From NCBI GenBank assembly GCA_038143065.1, contig JAYQLI010000035.1, positions 192,001 to 256,000 on the forward strand: a stretch of 64,000 nt of DNA, in the 5' to 3' direction. A program made the translations under genes and the position numbers. Shown piece after piece: positions 20,737 through 33,265 of this stretch (position 1 is its first letter; each line of letters opens with the position of its first letter). Source of the stretch: Rhodospirillales bacterium (lineage in GTDB: Bacteria > Pseudomonadota > Alphaproteobacteria > Bin95). The notes beneath the pieces were generated by a model. It made no database searches. It was given only the letters and a program-made list of their open reading frames with translations, and was not told where the DNA came from.

Positions 20737-22835
20737 TTAGCCTTGGATTTTTCCAAAATCCGCAACTAAACTCATTGTATTAACAATGTTTGATAAGAGA
20801 TTTAGTCGATTAGAACGGGTTGTAGGGTCCTCAGAATTCACAGTTACTTTTTCAAAAAACGCATCGACTGGATTTCTTAGTCTTGCAAGCTCTCCCATAG
20901 TTTCTTGGAAATGCCCTCGATCGAGATGTTCTTCGACGCGGGGCTTTGTCGAAAGTAATATATCGAAAAGCTTGGTCTCTTCATCTTGCGTAAATAAAGA
21001 CGGGTCTACTGTTCCGTCATAATTTACGTTCTCCTTTTTAGCTTCGATAGACGAAATGTTTGCTGCTCGAGTGAAAGCAATTAGTAAATTTTCACCGTCT
21101 TCACTCGCGAGGAATTGACCTAGGGCAGCAGTTCTTTCAACTAGCCGAACAATGTCATCTTCCTCACCAATGGCAAATACTGCAGCTATATGATCGTACT
21201 TGATACCTTCAGCACGGAGATGATTATTAAGTCGATCTATCAAAAACTGTAAAAGCGACTCTGCTGTTTCATCAGCAGACATGCACTCTGCAGGAAGCTT
21301 TACGTAGGCTTGATAAGCATTACGAATTACGTTTCGAAGAGGTAGATGAATCCGATTAACGATTACCAATCGGATGACGCCAAGCGCGGCGCGCCTTAGA
21401 GCATAAGGGTCTCGACTTCCTGTTGGCTTTTCATCAATTGCGAAGAACCCAACAAGGGTATCAATTTTATCAGCAAGAGCGACAGCTACGGATACTGGAG
21501 TTGTAGGACAGAGGTCGCTGGGGCCCTGCGGGGCATAATGATCCCTTATGGCATCGGCAACTTGAGAATTTATTCCCTCTTCATTTGCATAATATCGTCC
21601 CATTACGCCTTGAAGTTCTGGAAATTCTCCGACCATGCCAGAAATTAAATCAGATTTTGAAAGCATGGCGGCTTGATCAACTAGTTCTAAGTCTGCGCTT
21701 TGAATAGCTGGTGCTAATAACTGGCTTAGGACACGTATCCGTTTCACACGATCTGCAAGAGTGCCGAGTTTTGCGTGAAATATTACTTTATCAAGCCCAT
21801 CTAATCGGCTTTTCAGCGTGGCTTTGCGGTCTTGGTCCCAGAAAAAACGCGCATCTGCTAGCCGTGCGCGTAACACTCTCTCATTCCCTGCAATAATTTG
21901 TTTACCACCATCGTTACTCTCGATATTGGCTACTACTGCAAATTTTGGAGCAAGGTTTCCGTCTGCAGTTTCAAGAGCAAAGTACTTTTGGTGAGATCTC
22001 ATTGAAGTGGTGAGTACTTCTGCGGGAACCGACATAAATTCTTCGTCAATAGAGCCTGACAATACTACAGGCCATTCAACGAGACCATTAACTTCGGCGA
22101 GTAGTCCTGGGTCTGATTTGACTTTTAGGCCATGTGTTTTTGCGACTGTATTCAACCCTTGCTCGATTTTTAATTTTCTAGCCGCAGGATCTAAGATTAC
22201 GTGGGATTGCAAAAGATTTTGCTCATATGAAATGAAGTCTGAGAGCGGAATTATGTTGTCCTCATCCATAAACCGATGGCCGCGGGTGAATGACACAAAA
22301 GGCTTTAAGCCCATGGATCCGCCAAAATTGACAGAACCATCAAGCAAAGCACCGTCAAACACTGCAGCAACCTGCTCTAAGGGCCGAACGTACCGACGTT
22401 CGCTATCGCCCCAACGCATTGACTTTGGCCATGGGATAGCATGGATAGCTTCTGCAATGAGTTGCGGAAGAACACTCTGCGCTGGTAGGCCTTCAATAGT
22501 GCGTACCACGAAATAAAAGTCGGAGCCTTTGACTTCCCGGATTTCACATTCCTCAACCGAGGATAAATTGTTTGCATTAAGGAAGCCCTCTAGTGCTTTT
22601 TCCGGTGCGCCTACGCGTGGACCTTTTCGGACATCCTCTCGGGTTGGTTGCGCGAGTGGTATGCCTTCCAGTACAACAGAGATCCGTCTAGGTGTTGTGA
22701 AAAAGCGAATTGAATGAGCCGCTAGGGCAGCCTCTGACAGCTTTTCTGACAAAATGCGTGAAAAGTCTTCTCCAGCCCGAGTTTGCATCCGGGCAGGATT
22801 TCCTCTGATAGAATTTCGATTAAAAGCTCTGCCAT
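20737..22835 (-). CDS. glyS: Glycine-tRNA ligase beta subunit; frameshift near 22795
   Basis: MAELLIEILSEEI (ATG 22835) then PARMQ, TPRR, WPKSMRWG, EFPELQG, DPYALRRAA. Confidence 0.96.
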
Positions 22836-22838
22836 GGT

Positions 22839-23720
22839 TCAGACTCCCATCTTTTCGTCAAGATGACCGCGGGATTTCAACCAGACCGTTGCAGATGTCC
22901 GCGCCAGAGCCCTAACACGAGCAATATAAGCAGCTCTTTCGGTAACACTTATTACCCCACGGGCGTCTAAGAGATTAAACGTGTGACTGGCTTGAATGCA
23001 TTGATCGTAGGCGGGTAGGGCTAGTCCGGCATGTGCTAATTTTTGACATTCATTTTCGGCGTCGGTGAAGTGACGAAACAAAGTTTCCGTATCAGCATGT
23101 TCAAAATTGTAGGCGGAGAATTCTCGTTCGGCTTGGTGGAAGACATCCCCATACGTCATCCCTGCGCCATTAAAATCAAGATTGTACACATTATCGACGC
23201 CCTGAACGTACATAGCCAGTCGTTCTAAGCCATATGTGATTTCGCCTGATACTGGAGAGCAGTCATAACCACCTACCTGCTGGAAGTAGGTAAATTGAGT
23301 TACCTCCATTCCATCACACCAGACCTCCCATCCAAGTCCCCAAGCTCCAAGGGTAGGGCTTTCCCAATCATCTTCTACAAGACGGATATCATGAGCACGA
23401 GTATCAATTCCAATCGCTTCGAGAGACTCAAAATACTTATCTAAAATATCTGAAGGGTTTGGCTTAAGTATTACCTGATATTGATAATAGTGCTGAAGCC
23501 TGTTTGGGTTTTCACCATATCTACCATCCGTTGGTCTTCTTGATGGCTGAACATATGCAGCTTGCCATGGCTCAGGCCCCAGGGCACGAAGTGTTGTTGC
23601 TGGATGGAATGTTCCAGCACCAACACTCATGTCATAAGGCTGCAAGACTGCGCAGCCTTGTTTCGACCAAAAATTAGAAAGGCGTAAGATTAATTCTTGG
23701 AATGATATAGGCGCTGACAT
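22839..23720 (-). CDS. glyQ: Glycine-tRNA ligase alpha subunit
   Basis: [34 protein letters not shown]. Confidence 0.98.
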   Translation of the reverse strand: MSAPISFQELILRLSNFWSKQGCAVLQPYDMSVGAGTFHPATTLRALGPEPWQAAYVQPSRRPTDGRYGENPNRLQHYYQYQVILKPNPSDILDKYFESLEAIGIDTRAHDIRLVEDDWESPTLGAWGLGWEVWCDGMEVTQFTYFQQVGGYDCSPVSGEITYGLERLAMYVQGVDNVYNLDFNGAGMTYGDVFHQAEREFSAYNFEHADTETLFRHFTDAENECQKLAHAGLALPAYDQCIQASHTFNLLDARGVISVTERAAYIARVRALARTSATVWLKSRGHLDEKMGV

Positions 23721-23750
23721 TTGAATGGAGTTCTCTTATTGCGACGCAGC

Positions 23751-23779
23751 AAAATAGAAAAGCTATCCTGGGTGGTCAA
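23751..23779 (-). promoter_or_regulatory. Putative sigma70 promoter of glyQ-glyS-ppdK
   Basis: TTGACC-17 nt-TATTTT. Confidence 0.5.
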
Positions 23780-24075
23780 TCACAGGTTGTAACGTGTAAA
23801 AGTGATCTTGAATTTTTCCCAAAATTATTGGCTTCTAATCGCATCATTCTGAGAAATTTGCATAAAGTAAGAGTAGAAGTGCCCATAATATCCAGTTCCA
23901 AGATGTCGGAAGATGAGGTTGTTAAGAAGGAGACATGCTTCTGAAATATGGTTTTGGTTTCTGTCTTTAACTTGACCTCAGATTTAATGGCGCTATCCAT
24001 TCTGTACCCTAAAGGTGTAGAAAATTTTGGGTTTGTAGTAAGCATCGAATTTTTGAGGTACCGCGTTAAAGTGAA

Positions 24076-24717
24076 TTGTGCCTCTTAAGGTTCTTGAGAG
24101 AAGTTGGGAGTAGTCCGATCTCGAGCGGTTTTGACAAATCTGAGCGCAAAAGGTTTCACAACCTTTTGAAGCTTGCAGCTGAAAGCCCGTTTGAAGGTGA
24201 GCGCGAAGCCGCGCTCGCGGCAGCAAAGCGATTGGCAGCAAAGCATAATATGGATCTCAGAGATGCGGCTGCCCAAAGTGAACCAGAGCCAGATCCAGAA
24301 GAAAATGTGACCTCTTCAACAGGTAGTTCGGGGCCGAATAATTGGGATACGCCTGGCTATGAGCCGCCCCCTGGATTTGAAGAACGTTGGGGGCAAACCA
24401 AGAGAAGTACTGAAGCCTATACAACGGCTGGGGCCGAAGCAGAAAAACGACGGTGGCGCGCAGCTTATGACGCGGCTCGTAGGCGGGGTTTGGATGAGGG
24501 TGAACCGCAACCACAGGCAAAGCCAAAGCGTAACTTTAGTCAGCCAAAGAGCAAACGTAGAATGAATCCGTTGATTCACGCTCGTACGCTCATTCAGGAA
24601 ACTACCCTGCCACTCGCCGAAATTGCTGGAATAACCCAGCTTTCCATGCATGAAATTGTGGCCTTAAAATTGAAATTGCGTGCTGAAGAGAAGAAGAAAG
24701 CCAGCGCTCGACGATAA
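24076..24717 (+). CDS. Hypothetical protein, DUF2786-like N-terminus and HTH-like C-terminus (start uncertain)
   Basis: NLLKLAAESPFEGEREAALAAAKRLAAKH; C-terminal TTLPLAEIAGITQLSMHEIV. Confidence 0.65.
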   Translation: MCLLRFLREVGSSPISSGFDKSERKRFHNLLKLAAESPFEGEREAALAAAKRLAAKHNMDLRDAAAQSEPEPDPEENVTSSTGSSGPNNWDTPGYEPPPGFEERWGQTKRSTEAYTTAGAEAEKRRWRAAYDAARRRGLDEGEPQPQAKPKRNFSQPKSKRRMNPLIHARTLIQETTLPLAEIAGITQLSMHEIVALKLKLRAEEKKKASARR

Positions 24718-24737
24718 TCGAAATATGGAGTTAAGAA

Positions 24738-25259
24738 ATGCGCTATTCACTTGATGGTGTTGGGGTAAATGCTCATCCCGAAAGTTGGATCGCAGAAAAC
24801 GCGGTAGTTATTGGCGACGTTGTGCTCGAGAAGGATGCAAGTATTTGGTACGGAGCAGTCGTTCGTGGAGATAATGATAAAATCATTATTGGAGAAGGAT
24901 CGAACGTTCAAGATGGGTCGGTGCTACACGCTGATCCTGGGTATCCGCTCACACTGAATAAAAATGTAACTATTGGCCATATGGTAATGCTACACGGATG
25001 CACTATCGGTGAAGGGTCACTGATTCGCATCGGAGCGGTAATATTAAATGGCGCAAAAATAGGTAAGGGCTGCTTAATTGGAGCTAAATCCTTGATCGCT
25101 GAAAATAAGGAAATACCAGATTATTCGTTGGTTATGGGGGCACCAGGAAAGGTTGTTCGCACATTTACGCCTGAGGAGGCGCAAATGATGCTTAGGAATG
25201 CTGTTAGTTATCAGAAAAACTGGAAGCGTTTTAGTAAGGGCGTAAAAAAAGAGGGCTAA
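24738..25259 (+). CDS. Gamma carbonic anhydrase family protein (YrdA-like)
   Basis: Hexapeptide repeats, RGD, NVQD, Zn-ligand His in VLHAD and IGHMVMLHG. Confidence 0.92.
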   Translation: MRYSLDGVGVNAHPESWIAENAVVIGDVVLEKDASIWYGAVVRGDNDKIIIGEGSNVQDGSVLHADPGYPLTLNKNVTIGHMVMLHGCTIGEGSLIRIGAVILNGAKIGKGCLIGAKSLIAENKEIPDYSLVMGAPGKVVRTFTPEEAQMMLRNAVSYQKNWKRFSKGVKKEG

Positions 25260-25263
25260 TTTT

Positions 25264-26055
25264 CTATTTTTTTTTACTAGGTCGGCCAGGTATGTGCCTT
25301 AGGATGGAAGAGGCAAAACCGCCATCAACGACTATATTTTGGCCAGTTACGTATCGTGCATCATCTGAAAGTAAAAAAGCAGCCACGTCGGCTATATCTT
25401 CCGGCAGTCCTACACGTCCTAAGGGCACAACATCATTTCGGGCGTTTGCTAACTCGTTGTTAGAGTACACGTTTGCTGTGAATGGTGTGCGGATCATCCC
25501 TGGTGCAATTGAATTGCATCGAATTCTATCTGACGCCCATTCTATTGCCATCATCGCGGTAACGTTAATACATGCTGCTTTGGAGGGGCTGTAAGCTCCA
25601 AGGTCTGGGTGTGGACCTAGGCCTGACATCGACGCTATCGCCAGATAAGCTCCTTTACTGGCTTTAAGATAGGGGTATGCAGCCTTCCCAAGCAGCCAAC
25701 CTGCTCGAGTATTCACATTCATTACCCGATCCCAATCTTCTACTTTTAGATCCTTCATCAATCCAGGTATGACCAGACCTGCATTAGATACCACTGCATC
25801 CAGACCGCCAAATTCTTCTGCTGTAGTCTCCACCAGTGAAGTTGGGCCATTTGGATCACTTAAATCAGCATAAGGAGTGATAACTTTTGCACCCATATCT
25901 TCCAGCTCGTTGCGAATAGCGTCATTATCTGGGGTCTGGGCATATTCAGAGGCTGCAATCTGGAGTGTTTTGCCATCTCTTTTTGCGTTTCGTGCTAAGC
26001 GCTTACATATGGCCCCGCCAATTCCTGCACTTGCGCCAGTGACTAATACTCTCAT
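25264..26055 (-). CDS. Short-chain dehydrogenase/reductase
   Basis: TGASAGIG, SNAG, YSPSK, IRCNSIAPG. Confidence 0.9.
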   Translation of the reverse strand: MRVLVTGASAGIGGAICKRLARNAKRDGKTLQIAASEYAQTPDNDAIRNELEDMGAKVITPYADLSDPNGPTSLVETTAEEFGGLDAVVSNAGLVIPGLMKDLKVEDWDRVMNVNTRAGWLLGKAAYPYLKASKGAYLAIASMSGLGPHPDLGAYSPSKAACINVTAMMAIEWASDRIRCNSIAPGMIRTPFTANVYSNNELANARNDVVPLGRVGLPEDIADVAAFLLSDDARYVTGQNIVVDGGFASSILRHIPGRPSKKK

Positions 26056-26081
26056 GATTTATCCTCTTCTTACTGCTCTTA

Positions 26082-27209
26082 TTATCGAGCCATTGCTTTG
26101 GAGCGTTTGTCTAGCCACCAGCCAGATTGTTTCGGCCACAATTCAAAATCAGGATCTTGTCCCAAAGCATGCGCAGCGTCATGGGCCCAGTGGGGGTTTT
26201 TTAGAGCTTCGCGACCAATCGCAATAAGATCGGCATACCCATCCGCCAAAAGTTTTTCAGCCTGAATGCCGTCAAGTATTAACCCTACGGCCATTGTTGG
26301 AATGCATGCGGCTTCACGCGTCTCCTTTGCAAATGGAGCTTGATAGCCTGGGCCTCTCTTGGAGTTTTGAGTAGTGCTTGATCCTGTGAGTCCCCCAGAA
26401 GAACAATCAATAACATCTACTCCAACAGCTTTTAACTCAGCCGCTAACACTACCGTGTCGGACATATCCCATCCATCCTCAGCCCCATCAACTGAAGAGA
26501 CACGGAAGAATAAAGGTTTGTGAGATGGAAGTTTCTCCCGCATTGAGCGTGCAATTTCCAATGCAAAACGCATTCTACCTTTGCGATCTCCACCATAAAG
26601 GTCATTTCGTTTATTTGTAATTGGAGAAAGAAAGCTAGCAATCAAATAGCCATGGGCTCCGTGAATTTCTACTGCGTCAAATCCGGCAGCATCGGCTCTT
26701 GAAGTAGCTTCCGAAAATTTGTTCACAAGATCACTAATATCTGACTGAGATAGTTCAGCTGGTTTTATGTAGCCCTCATCTACCGCAATTGCAGAGGGTG
26801 CTTTTATTGACCAAGGTTTGTCGCCTCTTGAAAAATCAGTTTCATCAAGAGGGCCATTACCGTTCCAAGGCCTTTGCATGCTTGCTTTGCGTCCTGCGTG
26901 GGCAATTTGGATGGCAGGAATAGAACCCAGACCACGGATAAAATTTGTGACTTGCTGCAAACGGGCAATATGCGTGTCATCCCAGAGCCCTAAGTCACCA
27001 TGAGTAATGCGACCCTCTGGTTCTACGGCCGTTGCCTCTGCCATGACACACCCAAAGCCTCCCATTGCATAGCGACCAAGATGGACAAGGTGCCAGTCAT
27101 TGGCGTAGCCATCTTGTGCGGAATATTGGCACATGGGGGCTAAAACAATGCGGTTTGGGAGCACAATGCCTCGAAGTGGCATCGGCTGAAAAAGATGGGG
27201 CTTTGACAT
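26082..27209 (-). CDS. NADH:flavin oxidoreductase (Old Yellow Enzyme, NamA/YqjM-like)
   Basis: PMCQYSA, QIAHAGRKAS, EIHGAHGYL, NKRND.YGG. Confidence 0.92.
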   Translation of the reverse strand: MSKPHLFQPMPLRGIVLPNRIVLAPMCQYSAQDGYANDWHLVHLGRYAMGGFGCVMAEATAVEPEGRITHGDLGLWDDTHIARLQQVTNFIRGLGSIPAIQIAHAGRKASMQRPWNGNGPLDETDFSRGDKPWSIKAPSAIAVDEGYIKPAELSQSDISDLVNKFSEATSRADAAGFDAVEIHGAHGYLIASFLSPITNKRNDLYGGDRKGRMRFALEIARSMREKLPSHKPLFFRVSSVDGAEDGWDMSDTVVLAAELKAVGVDVIDCSSGGLTGSSTTQNSKRGPGYQAPFAKETREAACIPTMAVGLILDGIQAEKLLADGYADLIAIGREALKNPHWAHDAAHALGQDPDFELWPKQSGWWLDKRSKAMAR

Positions 27210-27211
27210 AA

Positions 27212-28000
27212 TTACGGGCGCCAGTTTGGAGTACGCTTTTCGATAAAGCTATTGAGCCCTTCTGTAGCTTCTTCCGTTAGACGCTTCCGGGCGTGTGGTT
27301 CAGCTAGAGCTGCTGCTTTAGCGTCATCAATTATAAGAGCCGCACAATCAAGGATGCTTGCTTTGCTCTCGGCAAGAGCATTTGGCGGGCAATCAAGTAG
27401 TTGATCTATCAATGGTGCTGCTGTTTCATCTAATTTTCCGGAAGCACATACCTCATCCACGAGACCAATTTCTTTAGCCTTATGAGCGTCAAACCTTTCG
27501 CAGGTCAGAGAAAAGCGACGAGTGTGAGCAACCCCTAATCGAGCAATCAGTTGGGGATATATTGGGGCCGCCATCAGCCCCCATTTTGCTTCGGTTATAG
27601 CAAAAAACGCATCTTCAGAAGCGATAACAATATCGCAGCTGGAAGCAACACCTACGCCTCCACCAAAGCATCCACCATGGATGAGAGCAATGGTTGGTTT
27701 TGGAAACTCATTTAAACCTCGGACTGCGTCTGTTGTAGCTTTGGAAACAGCTAAATTGGCATCCCAATCGCTGGCCTTTAGAGACATAATCCATTTGAGG
27801 TCAGCACCTGCTTGGAAATGCTTACCTTTACCACGCAGAACTACTACTCTTGCTTGAGAATCTTTAGCAATTTGGTCGAAGGCTGTTAAAAATCCTTGGA
27901 TCATGTCACCATTATAGGCGTTGTTTACGTCCGCACGATTAATGGTAACCGTGGCGACGCCACGGCGGTCGACTTCGGTCAAAACAAGGTCAGCAGTCAT
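27212..28000 (-). CDS. Enoyl-CoA hydratase/isomerase (methylglutaconyl-CoA hydratase-like)
   Basis: NRADVNNA, FQAGADLKW, GGGVG, ITEAKWGL. Confidence 0.85.
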   Translation of the reverse strand: MTADLVLTEVDRRGVATVTINRADVNNAYNGDMIQGFLTAFDQIAKDSQARVVVLRGKGKHFQAGADLKWIMSLKASDWDANLAVSKATTDAVRGLNEFPKPTIALIHGGCFGGGVGVASSCDIVIASEDAFFAITEAKWGLMAAPIYPQLIARLGVAHTRRFSLTCERFDAHKAKEIGLVDEVCASGKLDETAAPLIDQLLDCPPNALAESKASILDCAALIIDDAKAAALAEPHARKRLTEEATEGLNSFIEKRTPNWRP

Positions 28001-28061
28001 AGGGACTTATATCTCCTAAATTTAAAGGTCTGGCGGTATTCTAGCCTGGATATTAACGAAG

Positions 28062-29142
28062 GTGGGAGGGGAAAGCTTGTCAGAGAAAGTGGACTATTTT
28101 TCTGGTGTGGCTATGGAATTTGGTAAGTCATGCCAAATACGGTGGCCGAAACTGTGGGCTGCAGAAAGTATTCCAACCTCTCTGTGGCAGGAGTTAGGAA
28201 AATTAGGCTTCTTAGGCCTATCCGCTCCTCAATCATTTGGTGGGCAGGGGATGTCGGTGGGAGACATCGCGCACGTTTCCAGAGTTTTTGCCCGTTCCCT
28301 TGGAGTACAAGGTTTAATTATGGCGGTTCAAAGCCACAACCTTATGGCGGATTGGATCCTAGGTAAGTTTGGAAGCTCTCAACAGCAAAATGCTTTATGG
28401 CCAAAGATCGCAAAAGGTGAAGCGACGATTGCATTCGCTGTCTCGGAGAAGGGCGCAGGAGCACACCCCAAGAAACTATCTTCTACGGCTGTTAGAGAAG
28501 GGGACGTCTGGAGGCTCAATGGACAAAAAGCGTACGTAACAAATGGGCCAATCGCTTCTGTATTTTGCATCGTAGCCATCGCTGAAAAGGCTGATGTTCG
28601 CAATAAATTTCAAGCGTTCTTGGTGTCGCGTGAAACTTCTGGCCTAGAGATTTTTGAAAGTGAGGAGGTTACGTACCTAAAGCCTTCTGGCCATTCTTCA
28701 TTATCATTTAAAAACCTTTATGTGCCAGACACAGCGCGTTTGACTAATCTAGAAGATGTTTATCCAAATATCGTTAAGCCGCTGCGCGATCATGAGGATG
28801 CAGCTAGTGTTAGGGCTCACCTTGGAGCCTATGAAAGAATTGCCAACTCACTCGCAAGATACTCTAAGGAGCTAAGTATTGCTGGGAAAATAGCAGCCCG
28901 TTTGCGCGCAATTGCGCTTTGTCTTAACCATGATTGTAGTGCTGAGGGGTCTTCTTGCGGCACGAGCAATTCTCTCTGACGTTTCAAATATGGTCCGTGC
29001 ATTAATTGCAGAGAATAGTGGGGTGTTGGACGAAGGAGATACAGTCCTCGCATACGATCTGATTAAACTAGGAAAGGTTGCCTCCTATGCCATCGATGCC
29101 CGCTTCACTTTGTTCGGGAACAACCTTCGTTATTGCACCTGA
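28062..29142 (+). CDS. Short acyl-CoA dehydrogenase-like protein; frameshift near 28930
   Basis: LGFLG...FGGQG, FAVSEKGAG, LNGQKAYVTNG; divergent, short C-terminal domain. Confidence 0.7.
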
Positions 29143-29197
29143 GCTTAGGAACGTTTAGCTCATATCTGAAATTGAAGTTACTGAAGATTGATATCAA

Positions 29198-31112
29198 ATG
29201 ACTGCTGATGACGAAATAAGACTGGCTGAGGGTTTTGAACCTCAAAGTTACCAAACTTGGAAAAATTCAGTCGAAAAGACTTTGAAGGGTGGTGATTTTG
29301 AAAGCCTTTTGAGCTTCAAGACTTACGATGGTCTTCAGATAAATCCTCTTTACATGCGTGATGATCTTCCATCGGTGCTCCTGCGTCCAGACACGGGCCG
29401 AAGTGTAAAAGCTGAAGTATGGGACATACGTCAAGCTCTGACAGGCCCTAGTTGCGATGATGTCATTAGACAAATTAATGAGGAATTAGCAGGGGGGGCG
29501 TCTTCAGTATTATTGAGACTTGATGCTGGATTGCGGATGGGACGGACTGTTTTCTCCAATCCTGAATCTGTTGGTATTGACGGTGCTGCACTTCACAGCG
29601 TCACGGCACTCAACAAAGTCCTCCGAGAATTACCTGAAGAGACGCCAGTTGCATTCGATGCAGGTGCTGCTGGTCTTGAGGTAATGAGATCTTTACCACA
29701 TCGAAACTGGGTTAAGGGTTCTAGCTTTGGACTTGATCCAATGGGCGTAACTGCTACCGCAGGATTAGATCCATCATCTCATGATGAGTGGTTTCAGTTT
29801 GCTTCAAATGAGATACCCGAAGGAGTGACGCCTCTAACTGTCTCCTCGATACCTTATTACGATGCGGGTGCTACTGAAGCCCAGGAATTGGGGATTTTGA
29901 TAGCAACAGGGGTTGCATATCTTCGGGCACTGGAAGCGAAGGGCCTTTCAGTCGAGTTAGCTGCTCAAAGGATGAATTTCGTTGTTGGTCTTTCTCAGGA
30001 TCAATTTACAACAATTGCCAAGGTGAGAGCTGCACGTGCTTTGTGGTCTGCAATTCTAAAAAGCTCAGGAGTAAGTGGATCAGCAATGCGTCTGGACGGT
30101 GTTACGTCATCTAGGATGTTCACCCGGCATGACCCTCATGTGAATGTCCTCCGCGCTACAATTGCTGGTTTTGCAGGCGCTGTAGGAGGCCTTGATAGCA
30201 TAACGGTACTGCCATTTGACACCAGGATGGGTGGATCTCAAGCACTTGCCCGTCGGAGTTGCTCGCAACTTGCAGGTCATTTTGGCCGAGGAGAGCAACC
30301 TTTACCGTGTCGCGGACCCCGCTGGTGGGTCATTTTATGTCGAAAGACTAACCAATGACTTGGCGGATGCCAGTTTTGCTGAGTTTAAGGCTATTGAAAA
30401 AGCAGGTGGAATAGTTGCCGCAATCTCAAATAGAACTTTGGCGCGCAACATTAATCAATCCAATGAAACTAGAAAGGCTAATATAGCTTCCCGTAAAGAC
30501 GCTATCACAGGAGTTTCCGAATTCGCTAATCTCGAGGACCAGCCTACAAGTAATTTGGACCTTACGTCTCTTCGGGAGTCTATCAAAGCGGACCTTGCCG
30601 CAAACAAAGCATTATTGTCCGATGTAATTGGTTCGGGATCGGGCCAATTCAATCCGAAACCTATTGCTTCCGTCTTCGAGGCGTTAAGGGATGCAAGTGA
30701 TGCCTATCATGCCAAGACTGGTGGGCGTCCGAAGGTATTTCTAGCGAACATTGGAAATCTTCAAGATTTTAATGCTCGAGCAACCTTCGCTGCGAATGCT
30801 TTCGCTGCGGGGGGTATTGGCATCGCAGGTAATTCAGATGATGGCTATGACACTGGCGCTTCTGCTGCAGATGCTTTCAAGGCTAGTGGAGCTAAGATTG
30901 CATGCATTTGTGGCTCTGAAAGTGGTTATGGCGAAAAGGCTATAGATTTTGCTCAAGCCCTAAAGACGGAAGGGGCCTCGCAGATATGGCTTGCAGGTCG
31001 TGCAGGGGGTAATGAGGAAGCTTATGCGGGTTCCGGTATCGATGGATATATTTATGTAGGGGCGGATATACCGAATGCCCTAAAGTTGGCACAAGCGGCA
31101 ATAGGAGTCTGA
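29198..31112 (+). CDS. mutA: Methylmalonyl-CoA mutase small (non-cobalamin-binding) subunit; frameshift near 30255
   Basis: [56 protein letters not shown]; lacks DxHxxG. Confidence 0.88.
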
Positions 31113-31116
31113 TTTT

Positions 31117-33265
31117 ATGTCTCAAATCCCAGACTTTTCGGATATTTCCTTTAATTTTGAAGGTTCCAGTTCAACTCATCCTCAGGGCAAATCCAGCTGG
31201 GAAACCCCAGAAGGTATTAGTGTGAAATCATCTTATGGGCCTGATGATACTGCTCAGCTTGATTTTTTGGATGGCGTGCCGGGAGTGGCACCTTATTTGC
31301 GTGGACCATACTCCACTATGTATGTTCAGCGACCCTGGACGGTTCGTCAGTACGCTGGCTTTTCTACAGCTGAAGACTCAAATGCATTTTATCGACGAAA
31401 TTTAGCAGCAGGACAAAAAGGTCTTATCAATTGCCTTTGATCTTGCAACACACCGTGGCTATGACAGCGATCACCCGAGGGTTACAGGTGATGTCGGCAT
31501 GGCAGGGGTGGCGATAGATTCAATTGCCGACATGCAAATACTGTTTGATGGAATTCCGTTGGATGAGATGACTGTTTCTATGACAATGAATGGAGCAGTT
31601 TTGCCGATAATGGCGCTCTACATTGTTGCAGGTGAGGAGCAAGGCGTGCCACCTGAAAAGCTCGCGGGCACCATACAAAACGATATTCTAAAAGAGTTTA
31701 TGGTTCGAAATACCTATATTTACCCACCAACACCATCCATGAGGATTATTTCAGACATCTTCGCCTATACCAGCAAGAAGATGCCCCGGTTTAACTCCAT
31801 ATCTATTTCTGGCTATCACATGCAGGAGGCTGGTGCGACTGCAGATCTAGAACTTGCTTACACGCTGGCTGATGGGGTCGAGTATGTGCGTGCAGGAAAA
31901 AAAGCAGGCCTATCCGTTGATGCGTTTGCTCCCCGCCTAAGTTTTTTCTGGGCAATTGGGATGAATTTCTTCATGGAAGTTGCAAAAATGCGGGCTGCCA
32001 GGTTGCTATGGTCCCGATTAATGAAGAACGAGGGAGCTAACAATCCTAAGAGTCTTGCTTTACGAACGCATTGCCAGACAAGCGGTTGGAGTTTGGCGGC
32101 ACAAGACGTTTACAACAATGTAGTGCGGACGTGCGTTGAGGCTATGGCAGCAACTCAAGGACACACTCAATCATTACACACAAATGCGTTAGATGAGGCA
32201 TTAGCTCTTCCAACCGATTTTTCTGCGCGTATTGCTCGCAACACGCAGCTAGTTCTGCAACAGGAAAGTGGAACGACGCGCGTGATAGACCCCTGGGGTG
32301 GATCCTATTATGTCGAGCGCCTGACTGCAGAAGTTGCAAAGAAAGCTTGGGCACACATTGAAGAGATTGAGGCAATGGGGGGAATGGCAAAAGCCATTGA
32401 AGCAGGTCTGCCCAAACTGCGTATTGAAGAGGCTGCTGCAAAAACCCAAGCTCGTATTGATAGTGGTCGTCAGACTATTGTGGGTGTCAATAAATATCGG
32501 CCAACCGATGACGCACAGGTTGACGTTCTTAAAGTTGACAATGCCAAGGTGCGTGAAGCTCAGATTGCAAGATTGAAGCGAATTTGGTCTGAACGGGACC
32601 AGGCTGCAGCTCAGAGTGCAATGGATGCTCTTACCCGATCGGCAGAAAGTGGAGAAGGGAATCTACTTGAGCTGGCTGTAGACGCTGCACGCAAGCGTTG
32701 CACAGTTGGAGAAATTTCCTATGCCCTTGAAAAGGTATGGGGAAGGCACGTTGCGGAGGTTAAAGCTGTGTCGGGAGTATATGCAGGAGAAATGGGAGAC
32801 GATGCAGAGCTTGTCTCAAAAGTACGTGAGAAGGCAAATAATTTTGCCAAGGCGGATGGGCGACGGCCTCGAATTTTAATTTGTAAAATGGGTCAGGATG
32901 GACATGATCGAGGGCAAAAGGTGATAGCCACAGCCTTCGCAGACCTTGGATTTGATGTTGATATTGGTCCTCTTTTTCAAACGCCAGAAGAAGCAGCTAG
33001 GCAGGCAGTCGAAAATGACGTGCATATTGTTGGAGCATCTTCTCTTGCTGCAGGGCATTTAACCTTAGCTCCAGCATTAATTGATTCTCTGAAACAAGAA
33101 GGCAGAGAAGATATTCTTGTGGTGATTGGTGGTGTCATTCCGGCCCAGGATTATGAAGCACTCAATAAAGCTGGAGTAGCGGCGATTTTTCCGCCCGGCA
33201 CTGTTATAGCAGAGGCTGCTGATGGACTTCTGGAACGACTAAACAAAGAGCTCGGTTATACGTAA
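31117..33265 (+). CDS. scpA: Methylmalonyl-CoA mutase large subunit; frameshift near 31425
   Basis: [35 protein letters not shown] cobalamin motif. Confidence 0.96.

Noticed and set aside
20737-22835. Programmed frameshifting, phase variation or pseudogenisation in glyS and other split genes
   Set aside because: Breaks hit essential genes at unrelated short runs with no shared slippery motif; sequencing error is simpler
23927-23970. AAGGAG followed by an 11-aa ORF MLLKYGFGFCL
   Set aside because: SD-to-ATG spacing is only 2 nt and there is no other support
29143-29197. Cobalamin riboswitch upstream of the mutase genes
   Set aside because: Gap is 55 bp, too short, and no B12-box is visible
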